Shown: positions 1 to 14,691 of the stretch, piece by piece
How the letters are laid out: each line of letters opens with the position of its first letter
Numbering within the stretch: position 1 is the stretch's first letter
Assembly: GCA_965644265.1 (NCBI GenBank)
Contig: OZ286462.1
Coordinates: forward strand, 38,378,001 to 38,442,000
Direction: 5' to 3'
Origin: Glycera tridactyla
Taxonomy: Eukaryota
DNA length: 64,000 bases
Translations under genes and position numbers: made by a program
The notes under the pieces: model-generated
The model's database searches: none
What the model saw: only the letters and a program-made list of their open reading frames with translations
Told to the model about the DNA's origin: nothing

Positions 1-513
1 AGATTGGATGACCTCAACAAAGGGTTGTAATTGATAAGGTTTCCCTGTATGGCCCATCAAAAGGTTTGTTATTCATTGGGTTTTACTGCAAACACAAGTA
101 CCTGATCATTCTCTCTGTTTCTGGCAGACAAAGTGTCTGGATCCACTTGAGGACTTCTTACATGTGTAGCCTACATTCCTTACACAGGATAAACTGTGTA
201 CAAAGGAGATTTAGCTCTTTTGATTTGTGCTGACTTACTGGCTATACATTCCCCCACCTGAGCTTTTAATTGAGCCCATTCTAAGTTAATCAAAAACAGT
301 TAATTGCCACTTGCCCTCTCAAGATGGCTGAAGGGGAAACTCCACAAGAATGACCCTTTCATTTTGCAATCTGAGAAATAATCCGAGAAATTACCCAATT
401 TTGAGTTTGAGATACTTTTATCTGATATCATTGGTATGATCAGAGTAACAGATGATAAGCATGTCTATAATTTCAACAGGACAAAGTAGCTTAGTTCATG
501 AATCATATCTATA

Positions 514-676
514 CAGTCAAACCTCCCCTGAAGACCACTTCTCTATAAAAGCCACCCTGAGCTGCAACCGTGGTAGTATTTTCAACCGTAAATGACCTCT
601 CTATAAAGACCACCTCCATATGAAGGTCATTTTTTTTTATGCAACTGAAGGCAATCTCTACAGAGAGGTTTGACTG
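514..676. mobile_element. TA-flanked MITE (Tc1/mariner, pogo/Tigger-like), subfamily 1
   Basis: Perfect 12-bp TIR CAGTCAAACCTC...GAGGTTTGACTG with TA on both sides (512-513, 677-678). Core is shared with the copies at 55610 and 56400. Confidence 0.85.
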
Positions 677-1089
677 TACTTCTTGAACCGATATCATATT
701 TGTCACTATTCAGTCATTTCTGGTCACATGATAGCAGTCAAGACATGTAGCCGAAAATATTTTGCAGAAGTCACAATGTACTAATTATTAGGAAATATCT
801 CAATGCCAATAAATTTGCAGCTTCTACTCTCCCAGTGATAAGATTCTATAATTTGAAATACAGTCACAATCCTAATTTGAAGTTGGTGATCTAGCCATGA
901 GTTAAAAACAGACTCTAGAATGGCGAGTGGCGGAAAATCATGGCAGAATTCCACAGATTGGAAAACAACTCATTGTGGTCTCTCTACAAGGTCAGGATAT
1001 CCTTGAAATAACAATGAAGGATACAGGTTCCACAAAATTTCACATTTTGCAACAGCTATCCTCTCTTCCTTTCTGAGAAGAATGGACTA

Positions 1090-1300
1090 CAGTCAGACCT
1101 GTCTATAAATAGTGACCCTGAAAAGTGTTTTTGTTGTAGAAAAATGAACTTCTCAAACATGATTGTTTACTGTAGAAAATTTGATCACACTCACCACTCA
1201 GGTTACCCTTGGTCTCTCAAACAGGTAAAACCTGTGGAGAGAGACTCTGATGAGAAACTATCTATATCAGACCAACATCTCCAGGCAGCTTTTCTATCTG
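1090..1300. mobile_element. Degenerate, possibly nested copies of the same CAGT-TIR MITE family
   Basis: TA|CAGTCAGACCTGTCTATA at 1088-1107 and a second TIR-like AAAACCTGTGGAGAGAGAC near 1227; right ends are decayed. Confidence 0.45.
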
Positions 1301-1765
1301 TCCGAGCCACATATACATGTACATCCACTGAGAAACCATGTCTTTGAGAAGCACACAAATTGGTAAATATGAGAGAAGTCAAGAACACTTTCATGATCAT
1401 TTCATTCTCAGGAAACATCAAATTTTCCTTTAGAAAAAATGTGAAAACATTTCATATTTTGTCAAACTTACAAATTGTCCTATTTATATGAAACACACCA
1501 TTTCACCAATTTTCTCAAAGATTCAGGTGAAATTTGAGACATTACGGAAAGGTATTGATTCTACAAGTTTGGAAGCCAAGCTAGTACAAGAGATAATATC
1601 TAACACTCCTCCAAACTTTGATGAGCTCAGACAATACACAAAAACTGCTGCATATAAGATGCCAATATCTTGAGAGAGAATAATGGCAATTAGACACGAA
1701 GGCAAAAAGAGCAAAGAAATCCATTTTTCCACAGGAAAAATAGAAGATTGATTGATGTTTGACAG

Positions 1766-2048
1766 CATGTATCAACCCAGAGGATTATGCCCCAGCGTGT
1801 GGTCCTGGTCAATGAGAGCTTGATGTTCTTTCTCCTGCAGATATCACTCTCAGAAACCCTTAACAGAAGATGATGAAGAACCCAAAAGGTTGTCAAGTGA
1901 AAGTAGCTAACAGTTCAGACACATGTTTACCTACTACTCAACATGAACATGATCAACCCTTATATGGCATATCAATGTAACTGGCTGATACTAACACTTG
2001 AGTCTGTGCTTCATTTTGAGGAAAGTCCAGTGCTTGAAATAAGGAAGA
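1766..2048. repeat. Diverged ~290-bp dispersed repeat, copy A1
   Basis: Aligns by eye with 2590-2883 (e.g. CATGTATC..CAGAGGATTATG..GGTCAATGA.AGCT.GATGTTCT..CCTGCAG..AAGATGATG..AAGGTTGTCAAGT..AAGTAGCT.ACAGTTCA.ACAC) and with 60405-61060. Confidence 0.75.
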
Positions 2049-2589
2049 GTATTAGGTTCGGAGGTTAGTCAGGGAAGAGTTGAAGAGTTAAAACCCATCA
2101 GATGCTTGTGAGCCCGCCGATCCTTGCTTCTAATTAAGTTACTCACAATAGACTCAGACAAACTGAGCAAGGCTCCGAACCTGCCTTTGTTCTGTCTATC
2201 AATAGAGGTAGAGACAAAATCAATCATTGAATGAATCAATCAATTGATTAGACAAACAATGCTCTGTGTGCGCTGCATGTTACAATCTTGTGAGCTCCCT
2301 AAAGTCAATCATCATGCAATCAGAGTTAGGGAAGGTGTGAGCATTTGTACCTATGAGCTAAAGTGGTTAGGATACAAGACCAAACACACCCATCCTCTCT
2401 CAAAACTAGGAAATACCTCATCTTGATTCCAATAACATACAAACATGACATTCTAAAAAGATGTAGATGTAAGAGAATATGGGACTCCAGTGGAAACTTG
2501 AGAGAAATTACATATGAAATGTGCTGACTCACACACATACACACATACATGTACTCACACACCTGCATGCACTCACACATACACAATGA

Positions 2590-2883
2590 CATGTATCAGC
2601 TCAGAGGATTATGTCTGCCATAGGTTTCTGGTCAATGAAAGCTAGATGTTCTGTCCCCTGCAGGCACCACTTACGCAAACCCTAACCACAAGATGATGGA
2701 GAACCTGGAAGGTTGTCAAGTAGAAGTAGCTGACAGTTCAAACACACCTCTACATAAACAACATAAAATTGAATTGAGCCTACCAATATCATATCCAACT
2801 ATATAAATGGCTGGAAGCTGACACTCATGCCTGATAGCAATGTTTTCTTTGAGCGAAACACAGCACTTGAAACAAGGAAAAGC
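2590..2883. repeat. Diverged ~290-bp dispersed repeat, copy A2
   Basis: See copy A1. Shares GTCCCCTGC and GTAGCTGA..GTTCA.ACA with copies B1 and B2. Confidence 0.75.
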
Positions 2884-3512
2884 CTCAGTTTGGAGAATCA
2901 AATTTTTTTTTAACCATCTCTGAAACAATATTTCGTCATGGAGACAGTGCCAGTCTATGACAATATCAAGACAGTGGGGATTTTTGAACATTGGGGTTAT
3001 TTGGAAAATTGCCTATAAAGGATAAGGAGAGTGTTCCAACATGAACCATCTTGGGAATTGGAGCAGCTTATTTTCAACAAGGCAGTGACAGTGTATGAGC
3101 AAGGCATGACATTTGTCCAAGGGATATCAGGTGCTTTGAAGTTGAAGCAGTAGCAAGGCGTGAACAAACAATGTAGGCTGAAGGCACTGAGCAAGTGTCT
3201 ATAGAATCCTGCCAATCAATTAGAGCTGGTAATCACTTGAGTAAATTGACTTGTCTTTCTTGTATACTGCCACTGTACACATGTCACCTACAACATCAAC
3301 CCCCCCCCCCCATGCAACAACAACAATAGCCTGACCCATGACCCTTTCAAGCTCATATTCAATTATGTCCAGCACTGACTCATCTACAATCAAACTTGTC
3401 CTAAGCATGAAGTGGAGGGGTGGAATGAAATAGTGCTTAGAGCAAGTTCATTGTCATACTAGGTCCAGAAATGTGAAAAATACTCTGATTGGATACTGAA
3501 AGATGTTGGTAA

Positions 3513-4140
3513 AGCCACCCTTACATATGGCCTGCGACTGACGAAGATGGTGAAATTGTCATGGATCGCCGACGATCGTGAAGGATTGCCATCAAATCGT
3601 GTGTGGTCACCATCAATCTCTGAGCTTGGCGGGAGTTTTGAAATGTTCAAAATTTCCGCCATCGATCGCCGTCTGTAGGGACAATCGTCGCTGGAGGTGA
3701 GTGGTTGTGAACAGTGATAGTGCTCCCGCCATTGATTGTACCCAGTCGCCAACAGAGGTGGCCATGGTGATCGGGGACCGCAGGCAACCACAGGTGACCA
3801 CAAACGACTGCAGGTGACCACAGGCGATGATTGTCTACATTTCACGGCGATTTGATAAGTTCATAGGTGATCAACGACAGTTATAATACACTCATCAGGT
3901 TTTCGCTGCGATCCATCACGGTTCACTACACTCATTGATTGTAGCCAGTCGCCAACAGAGGTGGCCGTCAGAAGCGCGCGATCATCGGGGACCGCAGGCG
4001 AACACATGCGACCACAGGCGACCTCAGTTCTATCGCAGCGAATGCAAAAAAATTGATTTTTTCGGCGACCACCCACAATTTCACGTAAAAAGTTGATCGC
4101 AGGCGGTCGCCGACAGGTGCGGCTCTATGTAAGTGAGGCT
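3513..4140. mobile_element. CpG-rich non-autonomous DNA element, PIF/Harbinger-like
   Basis: Imperfect TIRs AGCCACCCTTACATATGGCC and (reverse complement) AGCCTCACTTACATAGAGCC, flanked by TAA and TAG (imperfect 3-bp TSD). Internal ~90-bp direct repeat CATTGATTGTA.CCAGTCGCCAACAGAGGTGGCC...ATCGGGGACCGCAGGC at ~3730 and ~3933. Confidence 0.55.
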
Positions 4141-5300
4141 TAGAGAAGAGTTGTTGCTTAAAACACGTTTTGTACGGGATAGGTTGTATTGTGCACTTCT
4201 TTCATGCTGCACTTTCATGATTTCTATCAATTAAGTCAATGCGCTATATCACTTACACAAATGTACTTCCCAATATTTCAATCAGTGTGTTACCCAGCAC
4301 CAATCCATATGTGCTTATTTCTCATTGTGTTTACATAATCAAATAAATTCAAAACCAGCCCATTCTCATCCAAAACCATACCATATACACATCCACTCTC
4401 ATTATGAGAGTTATGGCTGATGGCAATTAGCCCTACATACTACTATCATCATCATTCAAAATATGAGGGGAGACCCATTTCAGAACCTTAAATTCTCTTT
4501 ATCACACACACTATCTCTCACACCTTCCCTCATGGATGTTTTGCCCTGAAACAAACTGAGGCCAACGAGCATAGCTTTTTTTCCAATATTTGAGGCCTAC
4601 ATGCCTGGTTTTCAATGGTTTTGTTCTTATCCAGATAGACCTGTGTCATTCATGGTACTCAGTAAGAGACATGATGAGTACATAATGGCTGGTAGATATA
4701 ATGGCATCTGACACCTAGTGACAGAGAGTTACATCACAGGTGATTAAACCTCATCACAATGCAACCATATAGGCACATGCAGTAGTGATCAGCCAATCCC
4801 TGCAAAGATAAATTTGATCATTGTTTCTGGGTGCCGATTCAATTAATTGGTGCTCATTTTTGGGATTGATCAAAAATCGCTCAAATGAGCAGATAAGCCC
4901 CTTTTTTCCCATAACAGAAGGAATTATGAAATTACGATGATTATATGCTGAACGGAGATTGGCTTCTGTATAAATCTGGAACATTCATCGAATATTCACC
5001 AAAAATGTGTGAAATGAGCAGCTGCATTATCATAACACCACATTGCAATCTTGGTTCAAGACACTTCTGTTGCCCAGTTTGTGTGGGAATTTTTAACATA
5101 CGGGGATCACACGCCAATAGGACTGATCTGAGATCGATCATCACTCGCTCACCATGCCGATTGGTCAATCCTGCTTATCGGCTCCGAGTCCATACACCAA
5201 CATGCAAGCAGAAAGATGCCAACATGTTAACTTGAATTTCTACCTGTTGTACAATGCAGACATTTGAGATTGAAAACTTCTGTGATATTTCTATGATTGA

Positions 5301-8300
5301 TTTTTTTTTTTTTGATTTATAACTTTATTTTGGATCGTCACATACATTTAAACATTTCATACATGCTCTTCTTCAGTCAGACGATTATGGCACATAAATG
5401 AAAATACAACATTGATAGATGAGATGAAAATGATGATGTAATGAAATACATGATGGAGTAATACAACAATAGTAGATTTGGATGAGATTTTGAAGTGAAA
5501 TGAGATGAGAGGCCGCTGTCATTCTACTTATTCTATCGGTGAGATCACAAATTGTCCCAGTATGAGAATATTTTGATCAAAGATTGGTTTTTGTTAAATG
5601 AGGTATATGTGATACTCATAATGAAAATATACTTCTATGCAACTAGTTGCTGCCAAGACTAATTTCTCGATAACTCTACCATAATCTGAGCTCTTTCATA
5701 AATCTCTTGAAGGCAGGAGTCAGCATTATGTCAAAACCATCTTGCTGCTCTATTTGCTGATTCCAGTTTCGGGCTGCCCTGAATCTAAAATTTCTCTCAC
5801 TTATTTTATGGCGGCAGACATCAGTACACAATAGGGGTTTCTCCCGTGATCTGGTAGCATGCTTGTGAGCGGGATTTCTAAGAGAGCAAAGTGGTTCACA
5901 GGTGAAATTCCCATTCAGAATATCATTCACATGTATGAGCTCGTGCTCACTTCTACGGGACAACAGAGGTTGGAGATGAAGTTCCTTATGTAAACTGTCT
6001 ATACTAGCTCATTTTGATGATCTTGTAATAATTCTCATGGCTGTATTTTGCAGCTTTTGGAGAATGTAAGCATCCCGTTGTGCTAGGCTGTTGAATACAA
6101 CATCCCCATAATCAAATATAGGGAGGATCAGAGTATGATATAGCATCAACGATGTTGGCTCACTTAATATAGGGCGTAATCTACCCAGGACCCTAATCTT
6201 ACTCGAGGTTTTGGTCTTGACATACATTACATGTGGTCTAAAAGTCAGATTGGGATCGAGGATAATACCAAGGTACTTCATCTCCTTAACCTGCTCAAGT
6301 GCATGACCTCTGGTGGTGATATTCAAGTTCTATAATCAGGTGTCTTTGTAGAAAGTCCAGAAATCATGCACTTGGACTTTATTAGGTTCAATGATAATTT
6401 GTTACATGCCATCTGTCTGAATTCCATGAGTACACTCATTTGGTTTTCCAAGATATTTCTGTCATTTCCATATATACTAATAGCCATGTCATCAGCATAT
6501 AATTGACATTTAATTTCGGAGGTCAACGGGCTATGTGTGGATTTGGTAAATATTGGATCCGATGTGGTGTGCCTCAGGAAATCTGGTACATCATTTATAT
6601 ATAGACTAAAGAGTAGTGGTCCTAGGATAGATCCCCGGGGCATGCCACATCCAATAGGACATAGAGCAGAGATTGACTCGCCAATACCTGTCTGGCATGC
6701 ACGACTTGTTAGATAAGTATCCAACCATGATAAAGAGATTTTATCCAGGCCATATAATCCGAGTTTCTTCATCAAGAGCGCATGGTCCACCATGTCAAAA
6801 GCCTTCTTTAGATCCAGGAAGATAGTCCCAGCGACACTCCCGTGCCCGATACCAGCATAAATATTATACAGGTAATCGAGCAGGCAAGTGCCAGTGGAAC
6901 GCCCCCTCCTGTAGACTCATGTGCTCTACATGATCATAGAGTTTTTGGCGGATCAATCTTACTAGGATCTTACTAGATGGGGATAGAAGACTGATTGGAT
7001 GATAATTGTTAGGTAGACTATGATCACCATCTTTGTAGAGTGGGACGATAGTTGCAGATTTCCAGAATTGTGGGAAAATGCCATTTCGTATACTATAATT
7101 AAATATGAGTTTGTACATGGGGATCAGGACATCTTTGCATTCATGAATGATTCTATTAGGTAGACCATCATCCCGTCCAGCTTTTGAGACTACCAGTGCA
7201 CCTATTACTTCAGCTATATCATTTTCATTCACAGATTTCAAACAAAAAGTATTTGATAGATTGGATGGAAAATTGTCTAATGGGTCATCGGGTGCAGCAG
7301 GTATTAAGTTTAAGAGTTCTTGACCCACATTTGAAAAATGATTATTAAAGGAATTGGCCATCTCCATTTCATTTGTGATATCATAGATCTTATTTATCGT
7401 AACTTTGCCCTTTCCATCCTTCCAAAAATTTTGAATACACCCCCATAATTTCTTATTACTATCTTTGTGTAACTGTAGCTGGTCTTCCAAGTAGTTTTTC
7501 TGGAGATTTGTTTTCATCTTTTTACCCTCTTTAAGAAGTCAGGTTTTAGTGGCTAGGTTTGCTTCAGAGGGATTAACTTTGAAATCATGGCTTGCCTTAT
7601 CTCTGTCTCATATTAAATCCAGAAATTCACCTATCACCCAGTCTGGACAACCTTCACAAACTATGTATCTTGTCAATGGTATGCATTCACCTACAATATC
7701 ACTTATTTTGTTAAATATGATGGACACACATGCATCAAAAGTTTCAGTTGTCGCTTCCCAGAGGGGACCCAAGTTTATGTTGTCCTGAAATTTCCTCGAT
7801 ATAGCCTCATAATTTGCCTTTTTGAAATTCCTGAGATGTATATATGATGTTTTCTTAGACTTCTGTGCTTTCTTTCTTGTCGTGAAAATTAATCCATGAT
7901 CTGATGAGTACCCAAATTTGAATCATCTTTGATTTATACTATGGTAGAAGCCAGGAATGACAGAGAAACTCATACATGGCAAATGAAAACAATCAGTGTA
8001 TGTATCTTTTATTTTTTTCTCTTTCCAAAGTGCAATCTCCTACAGCAAGGCCTGCCTTTTGGAACATTCTTTGGTGATGAAGTGGTCATCTCCTAAGAGA
8101 GATGGTTTCATCAGAGGTATATCTCACCTCATTAAAGTTATCTTGCACTTATATGAGAGGGAATGTCTTTTCTCAGATTCTATTCGTTGATGAAAACTCC
8201 ATGGCTTCACTTACTTCTTACACATGGACAATTCCGTGTTCACAATTTCGTCAAATATAATTCTGAATGACTAGTATGGGTCACGCGAGGGTGTAAATTA

Positions 8301-8500
8301 GATAAAGTTGAGGCAAGGTCACTATCAGTGCTGACTTGTTGGCAATCACATTTAGGAGAAAATGAGCCGATGATTGCCAAGAGAGGATGAAAGCAGAATG
8401 CCACAATCCCGTCTAGTGCTCGAAAATTGGGCATTATGATTCACTGACAAATCCTTCACACCGAGTTGTCGCCAAGAAAATCCGCACGATCGATTTGAGG
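5301..8500 (-). mobile_element. Degenerate CR1-group LINE (ORF2 broken by frameshifts and stops) with 3' UTR and poly(A) tail
   Basis: ORF fragments 6864-7517 (KSATIVPLYKDG..NYHPISLL), 6323-6793 (GMPRGSILGPLLFSLYIND..LYADD), 6009-6326 (KYLGIILD..LILPIFDYGDVV) and 5676-5963 (FRAARNWN). FLDLKKAFD motif near 6790-6820. Decayed endonuclease traces up to ~8250. AATAAA at 5324-5329 (minus) followed by A13 at 5301-5313. The 5' limit is uncertain. Confidence 0.93.
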
Positions 8501-11189
8501 CTATTTATAAAGCCGTGCTCGTGCAATCACCTTATTGTGAAAGTGATTTCCATCGCAAACAAAAACCAACGTATTATATATAGTTTGGCTAGAAGATATT
8601 GACAGACCACACACGGAATGCATGCTGGTGGTGTACGCCAGCAAATACCCTGACTTTACGTTCGTATCATACCAAAGACACCACACTGACCAACCAAACA
8701 TTGACAACATGGCCCCTCGGGGAATTCTTGCCGATGCAGACACCGCTACCGAGGAGGTCGTTGGTTCATTTCCATCTTCTACCACTATTCATGTGACCCA
8801 GTATGTGCCAGATTTTGTATCCCTCTTTACAGCCAGATCAATACACCCATGTTTGTCATTTTCTCACATTAAGTTGTCAGTGTGGTATATCCCATGCAAA
8901 AGCCACCAGGGCCAATTCCCCCTTGCACATATAAAAGGCATATATAGCAGATCTGCCTGTCACTTTCCTTAGGCAGACTATATAGAATACACAGCTCACA
9001 TCTCAACTAGAACTTTCTGATGGTAGAGATGTCATAAAGAAGTGAAAGCAATCCAACATGGATGCAACTATATTAGAAACATTCACTCACTTGGAAAGCG
9101 ATACAGTGGACCCGAGGAGAGCCCACTGCTGCTGGGACCACTTCTCTCTTACATATAGCTCAATATATATCTGAGAAGAGACTGCATCTCATGAAAACCA
9201 CATTTTGGAGAATTTTGCTACTGGTTGCAAAACTCACCGAAGCAAAAGCAGTCACAATGCTGATATGGATGAAAATCCAGGGAAACATTTGGCAATGATT
9301 TGAAATTCATCACAACCTATACCCAAGAACATGTAGTTCTCGTGATTAAGGTAGAGGGTGAAATAACTTTGTCAGGAAGTGTATGTATTCAGTGTATATT
9401 TGTCACTGTCTCGGCTTATTCCACCTCCTGACATCAGCAGGGTTAGAATGAGACCCAGAGCTCTTCTTACATTTACATTGAGCATGCTGGTGCTTTCCAA
9501 GAATGAAGATCTACGGCTGATGAACAACTAGAATTGAAAGAGACATTCATGTTGACCTGATCATGGACTTTTATGTGTTTGAGCAGCTTTTCACCACAGG
9601 AGATAATCTTGTGAGAGACTGTCCTGCTCAGTGGTCACTCAATCTGGGTCATCTTTCGGAAGCTTCTTTCCTTTATGACATAGTCAAAGACACCAGCTAT
9701 CTTGTGAGACTTTCCTTGTGACACTGTACCAGCACCTATTAGAATAAAAAGCGCATTATATTTCCATTATATGCTGATCAATTTGACACATTTTTCATCG
9801 GACATTGGCGTCTGGTTGCTCGATGAATCAATTTATAGAACTTCTCCATCATCATCTCGTCTGAGCTCTGAATAATCCCGAGTCCACTATGAGATTCATT
9901 CATCATCAGAATGATATTTTTTAAATTGTAAAATTGATATCAGGGAAACGTGACTCTAGAATGTGACTGCACATTAGAGAAGTAGTTACAAAGATAGTCC
10001 ACTTCAGAATGGGACGAGATAGTGGGGCGATGTTTACCCCTCGGGTAGATCAATCATACAATATCCATCTAGAAAAATGCCCGAGTTCCCATAAATGACC
10101 AAACTGGCAGGATGGGTGTAATCCACCACAAGCACAAAAGAGTGAATCCACATTTGTCCATAGTGTTGGAAATGAAATGATGGAATAGCAAGCAGCATGG
10201 TTGAGTCAATATAAGCAAGACGAGCTTTACGCCGGGCGCCGCAGCCGAGGACGAAATACGAAAACGCAGGTAGATCAAACAACTTATGGGACTTGTGTAT
10301 ATTTACCACGTGAGAACAATCATGAGGATGGATAGGAAATGCCCACACAGCTAGATGCAGCTCTCTCCCACACTTTATTTATTGAGCAACAATGGCTTAT
10401 ATCCAAATATCATTCACGTTAACCCTTCGCTGTATACTGCATCATAAATCGCCCACCTGAAATTAGGCAAGCTCCAATTTGACTGGTACAATCTTAACTC
10501 ACGCACTCATAACTCATGAAGAACCAGCTGGAAACTGATTCATTAGATTTGGTGACATCTCCAAAAGAAATATGAATGCAATCCAATCTACTTTCAGGTT
10601 TGATCTGAATTTGTCACTTTGTCACTTTCACACAGGTTTTAATGAGGGTAGTCTTACACATAGATATTCATGCATATTCCAGAACCAGTAATGTCAGCAG
10701 ATTTGTTGAAAAAAAGAAGCAATGAACAGGGAGAAAGAATGGTCAGCGTGACTCGATATAGCCTGTGTCTTGGTCACTAAATCCCAAGAAACTGACCGGC
10801 AAGTGATGAAGTCTGCTGCTTCTGAATCAGAGAACAGGCATGTGATTGTCCCACAGATCTGGAATGCAGCATACGACAGAAAATAAGATATCATTCTGAT
10901 TATTCAAAAAAGGATTTCATGCTGAAAAACCAGACCAACACTAGCAGAGATAAAGCACAGTTTGTATCAAGTCGTATTAGTTGGCAGTAGTTTGTGTTTG
11001 TTGGTGCACAATCTTGCCTAAAACTGTCCCAGGTCAGGTTTTCAGGGTTCTCTGTTGTCAGCTGATCACATCCGTAATCAAAGCAAATAACGCAAAGTTT
11101 CGGCACTTTCACATAAATCATCAGAGAAGGAAAACAGGATATGACACCCACCCAGCACAATAACACCAACATCAGGAACAGAGATAGGA

Positions 11190-11400
11190 AATGCAGGCAT
11201 CAGTGAAATATCAGGTAGAAGGATACAAAACACTTGAAATTTCAACCCATGAAAGAATTGTACAAATCAATCCAAGTTATCGAATGAAAAGTGACTCAAT
11301 GGACAGCCAAACAAACGAGCAGATGGACAGACAGATGGACCAGCAGATGCCAGAGATAAATACCTCACTTTGGGAAAGAAGAGGCAGGGTTAAAGAAATC
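11190..11400 (+). mobile_element. HINE/DINE-like non-autonomous Helentron remnant
   Basis: (GACA/GATG)n core followed by ATAAATACCTC and a purine-rich 3' end; same layout as the 30956-31232 element. Confidence 0.35.
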
Positions 11401-11949
11401 TTAATTCTTGTTTAAATCCATCGCCAGCCTCTTGAAGATGACTATTAGACCCAAAAACAACAATATGGCCTCTCTAAGAGTAAGTATGAAATATGAGATG
11501 CCTTTTGATGGAATCCATACATCTGAAGTTCCTGCTGGCTTTCGTGATGTTCAGGCTTGCTGTCAAGTGAGGCATACATAGAAAAGGCCCTCTAACATCA
11601 TCAAATGTGCGGACATGCAAACACACACACACACACACATCAACAAACACATCAATAAATATGATACTATCCTTCCTATATTAAAATGTGGCAGTATGTT
11701 TGCACGCTCCTTCTGATGATCTGCTGACGTTCGACTAAGATTGTTCCATTCTGACTAGAATGTCTAAGAAAAATGGCATGATTTCTGCATGGTGTTGATG
11801 AGAATCTACCTGCCTCTCATTTATCCTTGGCCTCCAATTATGCTTGCTGCTAAAGGGTGGATTGCCTGGAAGTATGCCCGAAACATTCATTAATATTATC
11901 TTAATCATAGTAATTTGAACTACAAATTTTGTTTTATATTTTTAGGATG

Positions 11950-12290
11950 GTATATTGTGGAGAATTTGGCCCAAAATATTCATCATTGTTGCCTTCAACA
12001 TGGTGATTTGAATTCAGCCAGTGGAAATAGCTGCGCCAAGTATTACCGGCCTTTCAGAGCAGGATGCTTTGCTGGCTGGAAATATTGATTTCAAACTTCC
12101 TAAATACAGATGATGGAATGCTAGGCAATGCATCTAGTTGGATATTTAGGTTACCAGAGAAACAGAAAGATCCATCATATTCATCATAAAAGTCATATAA
12201 GGCCAAGAATTTATAAATAGGTGATCATTTTCACATGCCTGGAGGTTGATGGTTTTAGAGTGACAAGATAAGCTGATTAACCTGATTTCC
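11950..12290 (-). pseudogene. Decayed LINE APE-endonuclease fragment
   Basis: Minus-strand translation across stops gives HQPPG (YRPP-like), FCFSGNLNIQLD (GDLNIHLD-like) and KAGNT (xAGNTLDL-like) in canonical APE order. Confidence 0.6.
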
Positions 12291-13220
12291 TCAATTACTT
12301 TATATGTTCAACTGACAAATATAGTTATCAAATAAGCATTATGTGACAGTCACTTTCCATGGCTTCAATCAGATGAAGTTGGTCTATGAGCCATGTGTGT
12401 ATGAGGAGAATGGGGATGCATGGCATAGGTGTCAAATTATGTGAGTCACCTGTCCCCAGTGATTATCACACTGACGTACACCATATTGCTGTACACACCT
12501 TGACCCATTTCAACACATAGATATGATGAAATCCTTGAAAGTCCCAGGGTTGGGCAGAATTTTAATCTTCACTACTTGCATTGTTTCTACCCGTTTTAAC
12601 CCATCTTCACTGCAGTATGTGGTGTATGTTTTTTCACTTCCTGTTCCGCAGTGAAATGAAGACTTTGAGTAACATTGCATTATTTTTATTCACATGAATC
12701 TAGATTTCATCCATGGCAATTTCAAAGTCTGCATTGAATTGAAAGCGTTTAGAAGGATCTCAGTTTCCACCCTAAGCCTTTCACCAGGCTGAAGAGATAG
12801 TCATAAGTATGGAGTGTGAAGGGTGCAAACAAGTTTCCGCCTATGATCTGCTCTGACCTGCGGCACATTGCTGATTTCACAGTCAGCTGATCTCGGAGGA
12901 TGACTATTGTATCATCACGTCCACATCATGTGAGATCAGAGTGACTATCACCCTGGAAACACTGCGAAGCCATCGGTCAGTCATCACGAGATCAGAGGAA
13001 ACACGCCTGGGACAATTACATGACTATGGCTTACATAATTACATCAACTCCATTATCATATCACACGACAGAATCATCTACACATTCTGACCCACACCCA
13101 TCATCATTGGATAACATATGACATGCAAGTTCATTTCTATATTGATCAAAGACATCAATACAATGCTTTTATGATGATGTTGATGTTTTGAGCCAAAAGA
13201 ATATGAAAGCACATTGATGG

Positions 13221-13576
13221 CTCTGGGCAGTGATAGAGATTGAGAGCTAAGCTGACCAGCTAAATACATCTCATGGGTCAGTTGAGGAAGAGGACTCATG
13301 TAACCTTGGACCATCCAATCACGCTGTGAGGGCCGACACTGTGAAACCCCTCTCTGCTTCTGCAAATCATGGATCTATGTATCACTCTAAACAGCATGCT
13401 CCTCAGACTCTGGGCAGTGATAGAGATTCAGAGCTAAGCTAATCAGATAAATACATCTCATGGGTCAACGGAGAGTTAGAGAGCAACAGGATGCTTGTTG
13501 AAGCCCACATCCCAAGTGAGTTTACACCCCTCTCTGCTTCTGAAAATCATAGACGTACGAGACTGCATACTCCTCA
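13221..13576. repeat. Diverged tandem duplication, period ~187 bp
   Basis: CTCTGGGCAGTGATAGAGATT.AGAGCTAAGCT..CAG.TAAATACATCTCATGGGTCA at 13221 and 13408; both copies end CCCCTCTCTGCTTCTG.AAATCAT...CTCCTCAG. Confidence 0.85.
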
Positions 13577-14691
13577 GAAAGTTGCATATAACTTAATGAT
13601 GAACAGATCTGACAAAAAGATCAGAGCAACCAGACTAAACCCTGGCAATTGATCAAGTGAGCAAAAAGAGTTTCAGCGATGAATGAGTTTGGAATATATC
13701 TACCTATCATGTGCATGAGGCATGATGTTCGGCCGTGATACCGCTGTGACAAATCCATGGTTACACAGGATTGTGTCCGATCAGACCTGACGTGGGGACG
13801 TTATGCCGCATACCAGAGCCCACAACCAATATTTACCTCTGTTGTGCATGACACAGGCGCGGTTTGGCTGAGCAAGTTTGTGTTTGATTTGTAGACATCT
13901 TGGCTCAACCCCATGAAATATTCACGATGAACGATATTGATATAACACCCTAATGAGGCCTGACGTGTGACACGCCTACATGGCATTAAGCATCCTGTCA
14001 AAGACAATTTCTTCCCAGTCAACCTCACAAATCTGATTGGGTGTGCTGTCATTTTATCCTGTCATCATCAGTGTCTGTAATAGCTGCTCCAGCAGTTAAT
14101 GCAGTTTGAGTCTATTTCAAAGCCTTTTGAACTCGCTTGTGTAAAATAAGAATTTTCAGGATTAGAGCATGGAATATCGAGTGATGAATGGGATGGATGG
14201 AAAACATGGATGTTTATCTTAAAATGGTTGACTGGTCATATTTCCCATGACTATGGTTGCTATGCTAACCATGGCAACATGGATGTTCTTATGAAAATCT
14301 GTCATTTGGTTCTGGCGCCAGATATCAGTTGGATTATTTGCAATCCTTGAAGTAGACATACATGGACTTTACTCATGTATGAGGGGTGCTTTGATTTCTG
14401 TTCCACGTGCAATGTTGAAATTATTGAAAATTTGCTCAAATTTCCATTTTTGAAGTGACATGTACTCAAAATTATGAGTGATACCTAAATCGCCTCATAA
14501 TGGATTACTCAGACAAAGTAATTGAACATTTCTATATCAAATATTTGCATCCATATGCCATGAATAGGTCATGCCAGAGACAAATAAATCATTCTAGGTA
14601 CAAATATGATGTTTCCATGATTACCATGGCAGCCATGAATGAGGTAACTAAGCCATGAGAATGGCCAAAATGAAGATGTGCTAATTGACTA

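Noticed and set aside
8240-8800. 2A motif or ORF1 in the degenerate LINE at 5.3-8.5 kb
   Set aside because: No DxExNPGP-like remnant or ORF1-like peptide could be read in any frame.
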